In this document: positions 29,486 through 39,565 of the stretch, piece by piece
How positions within the stretch are numbered: position 1 is the first letter of the stretch
How the letters are laid out: every line of letters begins with the position of its first letter
Assembly (NCBI GenBank): GCA_963664435.2
Contig: CAXXKM010000002.1
Coordinates: 128,001-192,000, forward strand
Reading direction: 5' to 3'
From: Longimicrobiales bacterium
Lineage (GTDB): Bacteria; Gemmatimonadota; Gemmatimonadetes; Longimicrobiales; Gaopeijiaceae
DNA: 64,000 nt
Made by a program: the position numbers and the translations under genes
Notes under the pieces: generated by a model
Database searches by the model: none
Seen by the model: the letters and a program-made list of their open reading frames with translations, nothing else
Told to the model about the DNA's origin: nothing

Positions 29486-29687
29486 GTCGGCGGATCCTTT
29501 CATGGGATATCTGGACGGGAGACGCATCCGCCGAAGCTTCCGGACGCGGGCGCGTGCGGGGAAATTGCGGGCCCAACGCGCGGCGGTTGGCGACGGACGA
29601 CGAGACCGTGATATTGGTTCGCTACGGATCATGCCCGCAAATCACGCGGCGGAGATCGGCTTCCTCGCCGCCCCGGAGGATATCAGC

Positions 29688-31463
29688 GTGGATTCCAGAC
29701 GGCCCGTCGGCACATCGATTACGCTCTTCGCCGTGGCCGCCCTGGTCGCCGGCGCCTGCGCCCCCGCCACCCCGCCCGCGGTCGACCCCCCCGCCCCCGA
29801 ACTCGCCCCGGACGTTCCCCTCGAGCCCGGGGCCGTCATGAGCGTCCCGGAGCCGGATCCCGTTGACGCCGGGCGAGCCCCCCTGCCCGGCGAGTACACG
29901 GGCGCCTTCGACGTCCTCCACTACGACCTGGAGCTGTCGCTCCACGAGGACCGAAGCGACTTCGACGCCCGCGCGCGCATCGTGGTCTCGCCCCCCGCCG
30001 ACCCGGATACGCCGATGGAGTTCGACCTGGTGGGGCTGGCCGTTCACGCCATCGAGGTCGACGGCGTCCGCACCCCGTTCGAGTACGCCGACGGCAAGCT
30101 GCGCGTCTTCGCGCCCCCGAACGCGCCCGGCACCGTGGAGGTGGCCGTGGCCTACGGCGGCACCCCCGACGACGGCCTCATCCTGCGCGACAACGTGCAC
30201 GGCGACCCCGCGGCCTTCGCCGACAACTGGCCCAACCGGGCGCGCTTCTGGTTCCCGTCGGTCGACCATCCGAGCGACAAGGCGACGGTGGAATACACCA
30301 TCCACGCGCCCGCCGCGTGGCAGGTGATCGCCAACGGCACCATCGCCGCTCCCCCCGCCCCCACGTCCGACGACGACCTCGGGGGCGCGGCCGGCCGGCG
30401 CACCTGGCGCTGGACCACCTCGGTGCCCATCCCCAGCTACACCATGGTGGTCGGCGGCGCCGACCTCGCCGTCCGGCAGGTGGGACTGGCCGCATGCGAC
30501 AACTCCCCCGTCTCCCCGCGCAGCGACGGCTGCACCCGCGTCAGCTACTGGGTCTACCCGCAGGACACCGAGAACGCCGCCCGCATCTTCCGCCGCGCGG
30601 CCGAGATGGTCGACTTCTTCACCGACCTCATCGGCCCCTTCCCCTACGAGAAGATGGCCAACGTCCAGAGCGCCACCCGCTTCGGCGGCATGGAGAACGC
30701 CTCGGCCATCTTCTACAGCGAACGCAGCATCGCCGAGGGCCGCGACATGGAGGGCACCGTCTCGCACGAGATCGCCCACCAGTGGTTCGGCGACAGCGTC
30801 ACGGAGTCGGAGTGGTACGACCTGTGGCTCTCCGAGGGCTTCGCCACCTACTTCGGGGCACTCTTCTTCGAAGAGGCCGACGGACCCGAGGACTTCCGCG
30901 AAAGGATGGAGAACAGCCGCCAGCGCGTGCTCGCCTCGAGCGACGTCAACCGGCCCGTGGTCGATCCCGAGGAGGGCAACCTCTTCAACCTGCTGAACGC
31001 CAACAACTATCCGAAGGGCGGATGGGTGCTGCACATGCTGAGGGGCATGCTGGGAGACGACGTCTTTTTCGCGGGCATCCGCAGCTACTACGCGCGCTTC
31101 CGCGACGGCGTGGCGAGCACCTCGGACTTCCGCGCCGTCATGGAAGAGGCGTCCGGCTCCGACCTGGGCTGGTTCTTCGAGCAGTGGCTCTACCGGCCCG
31201 GATATCCGGTGGTCGCCGCCGAGACCACCTGGGACGCGGAGGCCGGCGAGGCGGTGGTCACCATCCGCCAGACGCAACAGGCCGACTGGCCCGCCTTCCG
31301 GCTGCCGCTGGACATCGAGTTCGAGGTTGGCGGCAACGCCGAACGCAGCCGCGTCGAGGTCACCGGCCGGGAACAGACGTTCCGCATCCCGCTCGAAGCC
31401 GCGCCTTCCGCAACGACCCTCGACCCTGAGGGCCATCTGCTCATGCAGACGGGCGGCAACTGA
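29688..31463 (+). CDS. M1-family aminopeptidase, lipoprotein
   Basis: GGMEN, HEIAHQWFG-x-WLSEGFATY, YPKG; lipobox AGAC; alternative start ATG 29631. Confidence 0.92.
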   Translation: MDSRRPVGTSITLFAVAALVAGACAPATPPAVDPPAPELAPDVPLEPGAVMSVPEPDPVDAGRAPLPGEYTGAFDVLHYDLELSLHEDRSDFDARARIVVSPPADPDTPMEFDLVGLAVHAIEVDGVRTPFEYADGKLRVFAPPNAPGTVEVAVAYGGTPDDGLILRDNVHGDPAAFADNWPNRARFWFPSVDHPSDKATVEYTIHAPAAWQVIANGTIAAPPAPTSDDDLGGAAGRRTWRWTTSVPIPSYTMVVGGADLAVRQVGLAACDNSPVSPRSDGCTRVSYWVYPQDTENAARIFRRAAEMVDFFTDLIGPFPYEKMANVQSATRFGGMENASAIFYSERSIAEGRDMEGTVSHEIAHQWFGDSVTESEWYDLWLSEGFATYFGALFFEEADGPEDFRERMENSRQRVLASSDVNRPVVDPEEGNLFNLLNANNYPKGGWVLHMLRGMLGDDVFFAGIRSYYARFRDGVASTSDFRAVMEEASGSDLGWFFEQWLYRPGYPVVAAETTWDAEAGEAVVTIRQTQQADWPAFRLPLDIEFEVGGNAERSRVEVTGREQTFRIPLEAAPSATTLDPEGHLLMQTGGN

Positions 31464-31580
31464 AAGGGCCGGGACCGGCACCTGACCAGTAAACACTTGT
31501 ATTCGCGGCCCGGATGCGCGACCATGGCAGTTTCCGCCTTACCTACCAGAAGGCAAACATGAAATGAATGGAGACGGCTA

Positions 31581-32615
31581 TTGGCCGGGACCACACATCT
31601 CAGGTTTGAGCGCGACATCGCCGAGCTGCAGCGGCAGATCGATGGTCTTCGCGCGCTGGCAGACGAGAAGGGCATCGACGTGGTGCGGGAAATCGAGGTC
31701 CTTCGCAGCCGACTTGCGGCCATGACCGAGGAGACCTATCGGAACCTCGCCCCCATGGAGCGGGTGCAGGTGGCCCGCCATCCCAATCGCCCGTACATGC
31801 TCGACTATGTGGAGCGCCTCTTCACCGACTGGATCGAACTCCACGGTGACCGGAGCTATCGGGACGATCAGGCCATCGTGGCGGGCTGGGCGTGCCTGGA
31901 CGGACAGTCCCTCATGGTCATCGGCCAGCAGAAGGGCCGGGCCATGAAGGAGAACCTGCGCCGCAATTTCGGCATGCCCCACCCCGAGGGATACCGTAAG
32001 GCGCTGCGCCTGATGAAGATGGCGGAGAAGTTCGGGCGTCCGGTCGTGACCGTCATCGACACCCCCGGGGCCTACCCCGGACTCGGCTCCGAGGAGCGCG
32101 GCATCGGGGAGGCCATCGCCCGAAACCTCCGCGAGATGGCGGCACTGCGCGTCCCCACCGTCTCCATCGTCATCGGCGAGGGAATGTCCGGCGGAGCGCT
32201 CGGCATCGGGGTGACCGACCGCATCCTGATGCTGGAACACGCCGTGTATTCGGTAATCTCCCCGGAAGGGTGCGCCGCCATCCTCTGGCGATCGCGGGAC
32301 CACCGCGAGAAGGCCGCCGAGGCGCTGCGCCTGACCTCGAGCGATCTGCTCAGGCTGGGCGTGGCGGACGACATCATCGCGGAACCCGTCGGGGGCGCCC
32401 ACTCCGACTGGGAGGCCGCCTCGAGGAGCGTGTCCGACGCCCTGAGGCGGCAACTGGACGAGTTGACCGCGCTCGATACCGACGAATTGCTTGCACGGCG
32501 CTGGAGCAAGTACGAGGCGATCGGGGACTGGGCCGGAAAGGCGATCGAGGAGTCCGGATTCACGGGTCCGCGGCTCGACACGGAGAGCGGCAGAAGCATG
32601 GGAGCCGGCGGCTGA
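31581..32615 (+). CDS. accA: Acetyl-CoA carboxylase carboxyltransferase alpha
   Basis: ARHPNRP, ELHGDR, NFGMPHPEGYRKA, YSVISPEGCAAILW. Confidence 0.97.
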   Translation: MAGTTHLRFERDIAELQRQIDGLRALADEKGIDVVREIEVLRSRLAAMTEETYRNLAPMERVQVARHPNRPYMLDYVERLFTDWIELHGDRSYRDDQAIVAGWACLDGQSLMVIGQQKGRAMKENLRRNFGMPHPEGYRKALRLMKMAEKFGRPVVTVIDTPGAYPGLGSEERGIGEAIARNLREMAALRVPTVSIVIGEGMSGGALGIGVTDRILMLEHAVYSVISPEGCAAILWRSRDHREKAAEALRLTSSDLLRLGVADDIIAEPVGGAHSDWEAASRSVSDALRRQLDELTALDTDELLARRWSKYEAIGDWAGKAIEESGFTGPRLDTESGRSMGAGG

Positions 32616-32644
32616 AGACCTACCCCGCCCAGGTTCGAGAGTAG

Positions 32645-33493
32645 ATGCCAGAGTTCGCGGAAGTCCGGTTCAAGGGAACGCGCAAGGACTACTTCACCTG
32701 CCAGCCCGGGACGCTTCAGCCGGGCAGCTGGGTGATGGTCGAAGCCGAGCGCGGCCGCGATCTCGGCCGGGTCAGCGCCCTCGGAGCCATCGCCGAACGC
32801 AAGTGCGGCACCTCCGGCGGATGCGCCACGCCGGAGCCGTCCCGGAAGGTCCTTCGGCAGGCGCTCGCCGACGAGATCCGGCACGTGAGCCGGCTTCGCA
32901 CCGACGAGGATCGAGTGCGCGCGCTGGCGCGCGACAAGGTGGCCGGCCACAGGCTGAAGATGAAGGTCACCGAGGCGGAGTGGCAGTTCGACCGCAAGAA
33001 GCTGATCATCTACTTCACGGCCGAGCGGCGGGTCGACTTCCGGGCCCTGGTGCGTGATCTGGCCCGCACCTTCCGCACCCGCATCGAGCTGCGCCAGATC
33101 GGCGTGCGCGACGAAGCCGCGATGCTCGGAGGCGTCGGCCGCTGCGGACGCGAACTGTGCTGCTCGACCTGGCTTCCCTCCCTGCGCCCCGTGAGCCTTC
33201 AGCTGGCAAAGGATCAGCGGCTGTCCCTCAACCCGTCGCAGATCTCCGGTTGCTGCGGCCGTCTCATGTGCTGCCTCAAGTACGAGCACGACGCGTACGT
33301 CCGGGCGCGCAGGCGGTTCCCGCGCGAGGGAAGATCGGTCAAGACCTCGCTGGGAAGGGAGAAGGTGGTCGCGGTGGACATCTGGAGCGAGACGGTCACC
33401 CTTCTTGCCAACGACGGGGCCCGCCGCAAGGTGACGCTGAAGGAGCTCAAGAAGGAAGTGTCCAGGGTTCCCCGGGGAAAACGCTCCAACTGA
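32645..33493 (+). CDS. ricT: PSP1-domain Fe-S regulatory protein (RicT/YaaT)
   Basis: RVDFRALVRDLA, RIELRQIGVRDEA, CGRELCC, ISGCCGRLMCCLKYE. Confidence 0.92.
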   Translation: MPEFAEVRFKGTRKDYFTCQPGTLQPGSWVMVEAERGRDLGRVSALGAIAERKCGTSGGCATPEPSRKVLRQALADEIRHVSRLRTDEDRVRALARDKVAGHRLKMKVTEAEWQFDRKKLIIYFTAERRVDFRALVRDLARTFRTRIELRQIGVRDEAAMLGGVGRCGRELCCSTWLPSLRPVSLQLAKDQRLSLNPSQISGCCGRLMCCLKYEHDAYVRARRRFPREGRSVKTSLGREKVVAVDIWSETVTLLANDGARRKVTLKELKKEVSRVPRGKRSN

Positions 33494-33501
33494 CCCGGAA
33501 C

Positions 33502-35046
33502 ATGAGCCGACGCCGCTACCTGACGACACCGATCTACTACGCGTCCGGCGAACCCCACATCGGGCACGCCTACACCACCATTCTCACCGACGTGCTCGCC
33601 CGCTTTCACCGGCAGACCGGCGCCGAGGTGAGGTTCCTCACCGGCACCGACGAACACGGTCCCAAGATCGCCGAGGAGGCGGCCCGGCGCGGCCTGACCC
33701 CGATCGAACTGTGCGACCGCATGGCGGGCCGCTTCCGCGAGGCGTGGGACGAACTCGACATTTCCTTCGACCGCTTCATCCGCACCACCGAGGCCGACCA
33801 CATCGCCGTGGTCACCGCCTTCCTGCAGCGGCTCCACGACCAGGGCCACATCTACAAGGACCACTACCTGGGGTGGTACTGCATCCACGAGGAGCGCTAC
33901 TGGACGCAGAAGGACCTGGGACCCGGCGAAACCTGTCCCGACTGCCAGCGGCCCGTACGCCAGATCGAGGAGGTCAACTACTTCTTCCGCATGAGCGCCT
34001 TCCAGGAACGGCTGGTTCGCCACATCGAGGCCAATCCCGACTGGATCATTCCGGCCGTGCGGCGCAACGAGGTGCTCGGATTCCTCCAGCAACCGCTCGA
34101 GGACCTTTCGATCTCCCGCCCCCTGAGCCGCGTGAGCTGGGGCGTTCCCCTGCCCTTCGACCCCCAACACGTCTGCTACGTGTGGGTGGACGCGCTCATC
34201 AACTACGTGACCGCATCGGGCGCCATCGTCCCCGAAGCCGCGCCGGACGAGCAGGGATTCGGCACGCCCGTCGAGTCGTGGTGGCCGGCCGACCTGCACG
34301 TGATGGGCAAGGACATCCTCACCACCCACGCGGTGTACTGGCCCACCATCCTGATGGCGTGCGGCGTCGAGTTGCCCCGGCACATCCTCGCCCACGGATG
34401 GTGGCTCGTCGGCGAAACCAAGATGTCCAAGTCGCTGCAGAACGTGGTGGACCCCCTCGCCCTCATAGCGACCCACGGGGTCGACGCGGTACGGTGGTAC
34501 CTGCTGCGCGAGATGCCCACCGGCAGCGACGCCTCGTACACGCCCGAGCGCTTCCTCACTCGCTACGACGAGCTGTCCAACGTGCTGGGGAACCTCGCCA
34601 GCCGGGTGACGTCGATGATCGCGCGCTACCGGGACGGCGCTCTGCCCGACGCCGCCGGGCGGGGACTGGCTGCCGAGACGGAAGCAGCGCTTCGGCGCTA
34701 CCGGGAGTTCATGAACAGCCTCCGCCTGCATCGTGCCCTGGCCGCGGCGATGGACCTCGCGCGGCGCGCGAACCGATACGTGGAGGAGCGGGAGCCATGG
34801 GCCCAGGCGAAGGACCCGGGACGCGCATCGGATCTCGACGAGACCCTGGTCTCGCTCGCGCGCTGCCTGACGGTGCTTGCGGCACTCCTGGAGCCGGTCA
34901 TGCCGGCGAAGATGAGCACGCTGGCGGGAACTTTGGGGCACACCCGGGTTCCCACCCTTGACCGCGCCCTCGACGCCCCTCTGACGGGACGAGCCGTGAC
35001 GCGTGGCGACCCTCTCTTCCCGCGGGTGCGGCTGCCCTCGGCTTGA
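33502..35046 (+). CDS. metG: Methionine--tRNA ligase (short form, no C-terminal tRNA-binding domain)
   Basis: YLTTPIYY, HIGH, GTDEHG, YVWVDALINY, KMSKS. Confidence 0.96.
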   Translation: MSRRRYLTTPIYYASGEPHIGHAYTTILTDVLARFHRQTGAEVRFLTGTDEHGPKIAEEAARRGLTPIELCDRMAGRFREAWDELDISFDRFIRTTEADHIAVVTAFLQRLHDQGHIYKDHYLGWYCIHEERYWTQKDLGPGETCPDCQRPVRQIEEVNYFFRMSAFQERLVRHIEANPDWIIPAVRRNEVLGFLQQPLEDLSISRPLSRVSWGVPLPFDPQHVCYVWVDALINYVTASGAIVPEAAPDEQGFGTPVESWWPADLHVMGKDILTTHAVYWPTILMACGVELPRHILAHGWWLVGETKMSKSLQNVVDPLALIATHGVDAVRWYLLREMPTGSDASYTPERFLTRYDELSNVLGNLASRVTSMIARYRDGALPDAAGRGLAAETEAALRRYREFMNSLRLHRALAAAMDLARRANRYVEEREPWAQAKDPGRASDLDETLVSLARCLTVLAALLEPVMPAKMSTLAGTLGHTRVPTLDRALDAPLTGRAVTRGDPLFPRVRLPSA

Positions 35047-35072
35047 CTGGCTTCAGCGGGCCGGGATAGGTT
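35043..35072 (+). promoter_or_regulatory. Candidate sigma70 promoter for the M23 gene
   Basis: TTGACT-N18-TAGGTT, about 50 bp upstream of ATG 35121. Confidence 0.35.
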
Positions 35073-35120
35073 GAACGCCTGTTGTGCCCGTCATTGCCAG
35101 CCCTCGATCACTCCTGAGGC

Positions 35121-36059
35121 ATGCCAAACAAACCACTCGGTGCCAAGCTGAAGGCCAAGTGCTCGATCCTGGTGGTTCCGTCCGATGGCGGGCGGCACCG
35201 ACAGTTCGAAGTGTCGCCCAGGTTCGTCCTCTCAGGGGTCGGCATCATCGTCGTCCTCCTTGGGGCCGCGTTCTTCGTCTTCTCCGGTGGCGCGCACCGG
35301 ATGGAGGCGCGCCAGCTGGCCGCGAAGAACCAGGCGATGGCCGAGGAACTGGCCGGCATCCGGCATCAGGTGGCAACCCTCGAGGGCGCGGTGGAAGGCC
35401 TGGCGGAACAGAATGCGCAGGCCCGTGCTCTCGCCGGCCTGGAGTCCATCGACGCCGAGGTCCTCCAGGCGGGTGTCGGTGGTCCCGGAACCAGCACGCC
35501 CCGGTCGCACCCTCTGTGGGGCCTCGACTCGCTGTATTCCAAGGACGCCTTTGCGACGTCCTTCGATCTGACGGCGCTCCAGCGGCGGGTGCAGTTGCTC
35601 GGCACCAGCCTTACCGAGGCCGCGGATTCCCTGAGCGGGCATCAGGACTGGCTGGAGTCTCTGCCCTCCATCCTTCCCGCCCGCGGCTACATCTCCAGCC
35701 GCTTCTCCTCCTCCCGCATGCATCCGGTGCACCACCGTCCGCTCCCGCACGAGGGCATGGACATCGCGGCTCCCGCGGGCTCGCCCATCGTGGCTACGGC
35801 GAAAGGCAGGGTGACCTACACCGGCCGCCGGAACGGGTACGGTCTGACCGTGCTCATCCAGCACGGCTTCGAGTACGAGACCCTGTACGGCCATGCGAGC
35901 CAGATTCTGGTGCGAAATGGTCAGGAAGTGGAGCGCGGCGAAGTGATCGCGCTGGTGGGAAGGACGGGGATCACGACAGCTCCCCATGTCCATTATGAGG
36001 TGCGCCAGAACGGAAGACCGATCGATCCGCACCGGTTCGTAATCGACGTCATCCCCTGA
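35121..36059 (+). CDS. M23-family peptidoglycan metallopeptidase
   Basis: N-terminal TM plus coiled coil; HEGMD, YGH, PHVHYEV. Confidence 0.93.
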   Translation: MPNKPLGAKLKAKCSILVVPSDGGRHRQFEVSPRFVLSGVGIIVVLLGAAFFVFSGGAHRMEARQLAAKNQAMAEELAGIRHQVATLEGAVEGLAEQNAQARALAGLESIDAEVLQAGVGGPGTSTPRSHPLWGLDSLYSKDAFATSFDLTALQRRVQLLGTSLTEAADSLSGHQDWLESLPSILPARGYISSRFSSSRMHPVHHRPLPHEGMDIAAPAGSPIVATAKGRVTYTGRRNGYGLTVLIQHGFEYETLYGHASQILVRNGQEVERGEVIALVGRTGITTAPHVHYEVRQNGRPIDPHRFVIDVIP

Positions 36060-36074
36060 TCCGGCCCAAGGCAG

Positions 36075-37259
36075 GTGACCACCGCGTTGCTCGCCGGCGT
36101 CGCGCTCCTGAGCGCCGTCTCCGACCCGGAGTCGCTCCGCCCCGACACGGTTCTGAGTCCGCCTGACGGCCCGACCATCGCCTTCGTCCAGGCCACCGGC
36201 TCGCCGGCGGCGGCGATCCGCATCACCGTGCCCCTCGTCGAATCCGAATCCAACGCCGGAGCCGGGTATCTCATTCAGCTTCTGGCGCTGGAGCGCGTCC
36301 GGAGAATCAGCGAGACGCTGGGTATCGAAGTCCTGGCGCACCGGACCTCGTTCGGACTCGTCTATCGTCTCAACGGCGCGGTCGCGGACTTCGACCAGCT
36401 TGCCGGCGTTGCGCGCGAACTGCTGGCTCGCCCGCAGTCGCCCGGCTTCGTGGCGGCCCGCACACGTCTCCAGAACATGAACCGGGCAGAGCGGGAAACT
36501 GCCCGCGGCGCGCTCCGGCTCCGGCTGCGCTCGCGCATGGCTTCATCGATTCCCTCGGTGACGGGCACCCTCGAGTCGCTGGCGGCGCTGAACCCGGCGC
36601 GGCTGGTGGAACGCTGGCGGATATCGCACCGCCGCGGCAACCTCTCGGTGGTCGTGGTTGCCGACCTGCCGGTGGAGGCCGCGTTCTCGGCTCTCTCGGA
36701 GCTGGGGGAGGCGGGGCCGGCGCCCGCGGGCAGGCTCCCGGAAGCGGCAACAAGGAGATCCACAGCTCCCAGCCCCGAGCGAATCCGGATCTGGTACGGA
36801 GAAGCGTATCCGTCGGGAAACGCGCGGGATCCGCGCTCCGGCCTGCTCGCGCGCATCGCGAACGACCGCCTTCGGGAGTTCGGCGGCGAGTTCGAACCCC
36901 ATCTCGAGCGATGGGACCTGGGGGAGCGGTCCTGGCTGGTGTTGACCGCGGCGGCCTTTTCCCGCAACGCGACGGCGATGCGCGCCCGCATTCGAGGCTA
37001 CATCGGCGACCTGCGGGCGGCACTGAGCCCGACCGTCGTGCGCCACGCGAGGTCATCGCTTCGCTCGGAGCTGCTCCTGGAGACCCGCTCGCCGGGGGGG
37101 CTTGCGGAGGTCATCGGCCGGCACCTGGACGCCACGGGCGATGCCGACGCCGCGCGGGACCATCTGCGGCGGCTTGAGGAGATCGATTTCGAGGACATGC
37201 TCGCCTTCCTCGACGAAATCGCGGCGGATGACGCCCTCACCGCAGAGGTGGTCAACTGA
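36075..37259 (+). CDS. Divergent M16 (insulinase)-like protein lacking HxxEH
   Basis: M16-like layout (GTLESLAALN...NLSVVVVADL; HLRRLEEID); no zinc motif. Confidence 0.55.
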   Translation: MTTALLAGVALLSAVSDPESLRPDTVLSPPDGPTIAFVQATGSPAAAIRITVPLVESESNAGAGYLIQLLALERVRRISETLGIEVLAHRTSFGLVYRLNGAVADFDQLAGVARELLARPQSPGFVAARTRLQNMNRAERETARGALRLRLRSRMASSIPSVTGTLESLAALNPARLVERWRISHRRGNLSVVVVADLPVEAAFSALSELGEAGPAPAGRLPEAATRRSTAPSPERIRIWYGEAYPSGNARDPRSGLLARIANDRLREFGGEFEPHLERWDLGERSWLVLTAAAFSRNATAMRARIRGYIGDLRAALSPTVVRHARSSLRSELLLETRSPGGLAEVIGRHLDATGDADAARDHLRRLEEIDFEDMLAFLDEIAADDALTAEVVN

Positions 37260-38635
37260 TGGCGAGGTCGCGCCCTCGGACGCGGCTGCTCGCGTGGGCG
37301 GCGCTGTGGGCGATCCTGCCGCTCGCCGCTCCCGCGCCGGCTGCGCCCCATGGCCTCGGGAGCGCGAAGCAGACGGGTGCCGCGGCGACCCGCGGGGACG
37401 GCGGCCGGAACGGGCGTCCGGCCATGGCTGTCGGGCGCGCGGGCGGCCTGGCCACGGTTTCGGACACGCTGGAGCTTGTGGTGGTGAGCCAGCGGCCCTG
37501 GACGTCTGCCGTCACCGTCACCCTCTCCTTCGCGGGCGGATTCAGCGACGACGCGCCCGAGGCCGAGGGAACCGCCTGGCTCCTGGGCATGGTGCTCGAG
37601 CGGGCCGCCCACGCCAACCTGGCGGAAACGGGCGCCGTCGCGGACATCGAAGTGGAGGGCGACCGCACCTGGGTCACCCTGCTGACGACGTCGAGCGACT
37701 GGGCGTCGGCGTACGGCATCCTCACCCGCACGCTGCTCACCGACCCGCTCGATCCGGCGCTGGCCGAGGAGGCGCGCGCCGACCTGTCCGCCCAGGTATT
37801 CTTCCAGCACGACGCGCCCGTGCGCGCGTTCGAACTGGAGGCTCAGCGGATGCTTCTCGGGGCCGAGCGCGCCCGTGCTCCCATGGGAACGCCGGCCAGC
37901 GTGAGCGGCATGACGGTCGAGGCCCTGGAGGCGACGCGGGCGCGCATCTACCGGCTGGACCGGGCACGCGTGGCGGTGGTTGGCGGGGTCGAACCGGCCG
38001 AAGGAGCTTCCGTCGTCGGCGCGCACCGGACGATGGCATGGCCCGGAGAGCAAGGCTGGATGGTGGAGGGCGCGCCTCTGCCGCCGCGTGCCTCCGGGTG
38101 GACGTGGGAGACGGGCGGGCGCACTTCGGTCGCCGACGAGATCACGAACAACTGGATCCTGGCCGCCTACCCGTTCTCCGGCGAGAGCCCGCGCCGGCCG
38201 ATGGAGTTGCTGGCTCACCTGATCGCCGAGCAACTCGTCATCAATCCTCCCGCCCCGGGGCTGATCAGCTGGCGGGCTGAAGTGCGGGAGCTCCCCGGAG
38301 GGCCTGTTCTGCAGGTGACGATCGCCGCCCAGTGGCCGACCGTGCGAGCCTGGGAGCAACGGATCGTCGACACTGTGGAGCGCCTGTCCGCAAGAAACCT
38401 CCCTTCGGACGACGTGATCCTGCACCACCGGCGGTTCCGGTCGGCGAGGACGCTCGAGCTGGCGGAGCCCGAGCGCGAAGGCCGCCGGCTGCTCATCGAA
38501 GCGCAGACGGACGGCGGTCCCGGGGAACTGCTCGCGCCCTTGCAGGGTCTGTCTTCCGAGGGGGTCCGGCGGGCGGCGGCCGATCTGGGAGAACCACGCG
38601 TGCTGATCTACGGGCCAGGGGAGCCGCCGTCTTGA
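37259..38635 (+). CDS. Second divergent M16-like protein lacking HxxEH, exported
   Basis: GGFSDD..EGTAWLL, PMGTPASVSGMT...ARVAVVGGV; start overlaps the upstream stop. Confidence 0.6.
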   Translation: MARSRPRTRLLAWAALWAILPLAAPAPAAPHGLGSAKQTGAAATRGDGGRNGRPAMAVGRAGGLATVSDTLELVVVSQRPWTSAVTVTLSFAGGFSDDAPEAEGTAWLLGMVLERAAHANLAETGAVADIEVEGDRTWVTLLTTSSDWASAYGILTRTLLTDPLDPALAEEARADLSAQVFFQHDAPVRAFELEAQRMLLGAERARAPMGTPASVSGMTVEALEATRARIYRLDRARVAVVGGVEPAEGASVVGAHRTMAWPGEQGWMVEGAPLPPRASGWTWETGGRTSVADEITNNWILAAYPFSGESPRRPMELLAHLIAEQLVINPPAPGLISWRAEVRELPGGPVLQVTIAAQWPTVRAWEQRIVDTVERLSARNLPSDDVILHHRRFRSARTLELAEPEREGRRLLIEAQTDGGPGELLAPLQGLSSEGVRRAAADLGEPRVLIYGPGEPPS

Positions 38636-38748
38636 TGGACAGGCGTGGGGACAGTTACCTTGCGGCCCGAATTATATGGTAGGGATGTGCATGCGAGCAG
38701 GATGGAGCCAGCTCGGAGTTCAACGTGATAGCCTGGAGTAACTGCACC

Positions 38749-39516
38749 ATGAGGAACGGAATCCTTTTCCTCGCTCTCGCCGGCACGATCGCCTCCGCGG
38801 CATGCGGGCCGACCGAGCTCACGATCAATGCGCAGATGGAGGTCGCCGGAGCCGAGGGGACGGAGGTCCGGCCGCTGGCCGACATGGAAGTCCAGCTCCT
38901 TCCCTTCGACCGCGACGCGATCTTCGACTCGCTGGCGCGCGAGTCCGGCACTGCCGAACCGGAGATTCCCGCAGATCTGCTCGAAGCCCAGAACCAGGTC
39001 GCAGAGGCGCAGGGGGAATGGCAGAGGCTGGAAAGCGAGTGGTCGCTGCTGCGGGAGGACCTCCTCAACCTCACCGGGGAGATGGAGCGGCTCAATCCGG
39101 CCGAGGCCCAGTACCGGGTCTTGTTCATGGAGTTCGACGAGAAGGAGCAGCGGCTCGCTCAGGTAGAGCGCCAGCGCGACGCCGCCTTCGAGGAGTTCAC
39201 CACCATCCAGGGATCCATGATCGAGCAGGCCGACCAGGTCAGAATGCTCCGCGAAATGTGGGGAGACGAGGCATTCGCGGACTACGGCGTGGTCGCCGAG
39301 TTCATGATCGACGTGAGCGGCCTCGACCCGATCGTGGACACTACCGACGCCTCGGGTATCGTGGTAACGGCGGCGCCGGCAGGGCAGTACTGGGTGTACG
39401 CCCGCTGGGAGCGCTCCTTCGACGAACTCTACTGGAACGTCCCGCTCATGGTGGAAGGTGAACCGGTGACCTTCACGCTCAACGAAAGCAACGCACAGGT
39501 CCGGCCCATCCTCTGA
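38749..39516 (+). CDS. Hypothetical lipoprotein with a central coiled coil
   Basis: GGAG RBS, lipobox SAAC, helical middle, beta-rich end (TTDASG...GQYWVYAR...LYWNVP). Confidence 0.75.
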   Translation: MRNGILFLALAGTIASAACGPTELTINAQMEVAGAEGTEVRPLADMEVQLLPFDRDAIFDSLARESGTAEPEIPADLLEAQNQVAEAQGEWQRLESEWSLLREDLLNLTGEMERLNPAEAQYRVLFMEFDEKEQRLAQVERQRDAAFEEFTTIQGSMIEQADQVRMLREMWGDEAFADYGVVAEFMIDVSGLDPIVDTTDASGIVVTAAPAGQYWVYARWERSFDELYWNVPLMVEGEPVTFTLNESNAQVRPIL

Positions 39517-39565
39517 CCGTTCGGCCCGGGCGCCCGGCCGGCCACCCGGGCCGGGACCCGGTCTC

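Noticed and set aside
16953..31496. Very long antisense or alternate-frame ORFs (16953-19742 -, 24628-27942 +, 29622-31496 -, and similar elsewhere)
   Set aside because: Shadow ORFs of high-GC codon usage opposite genes with clear family motifs; Arg/Gly/Ala-rich with no motifs of their own.
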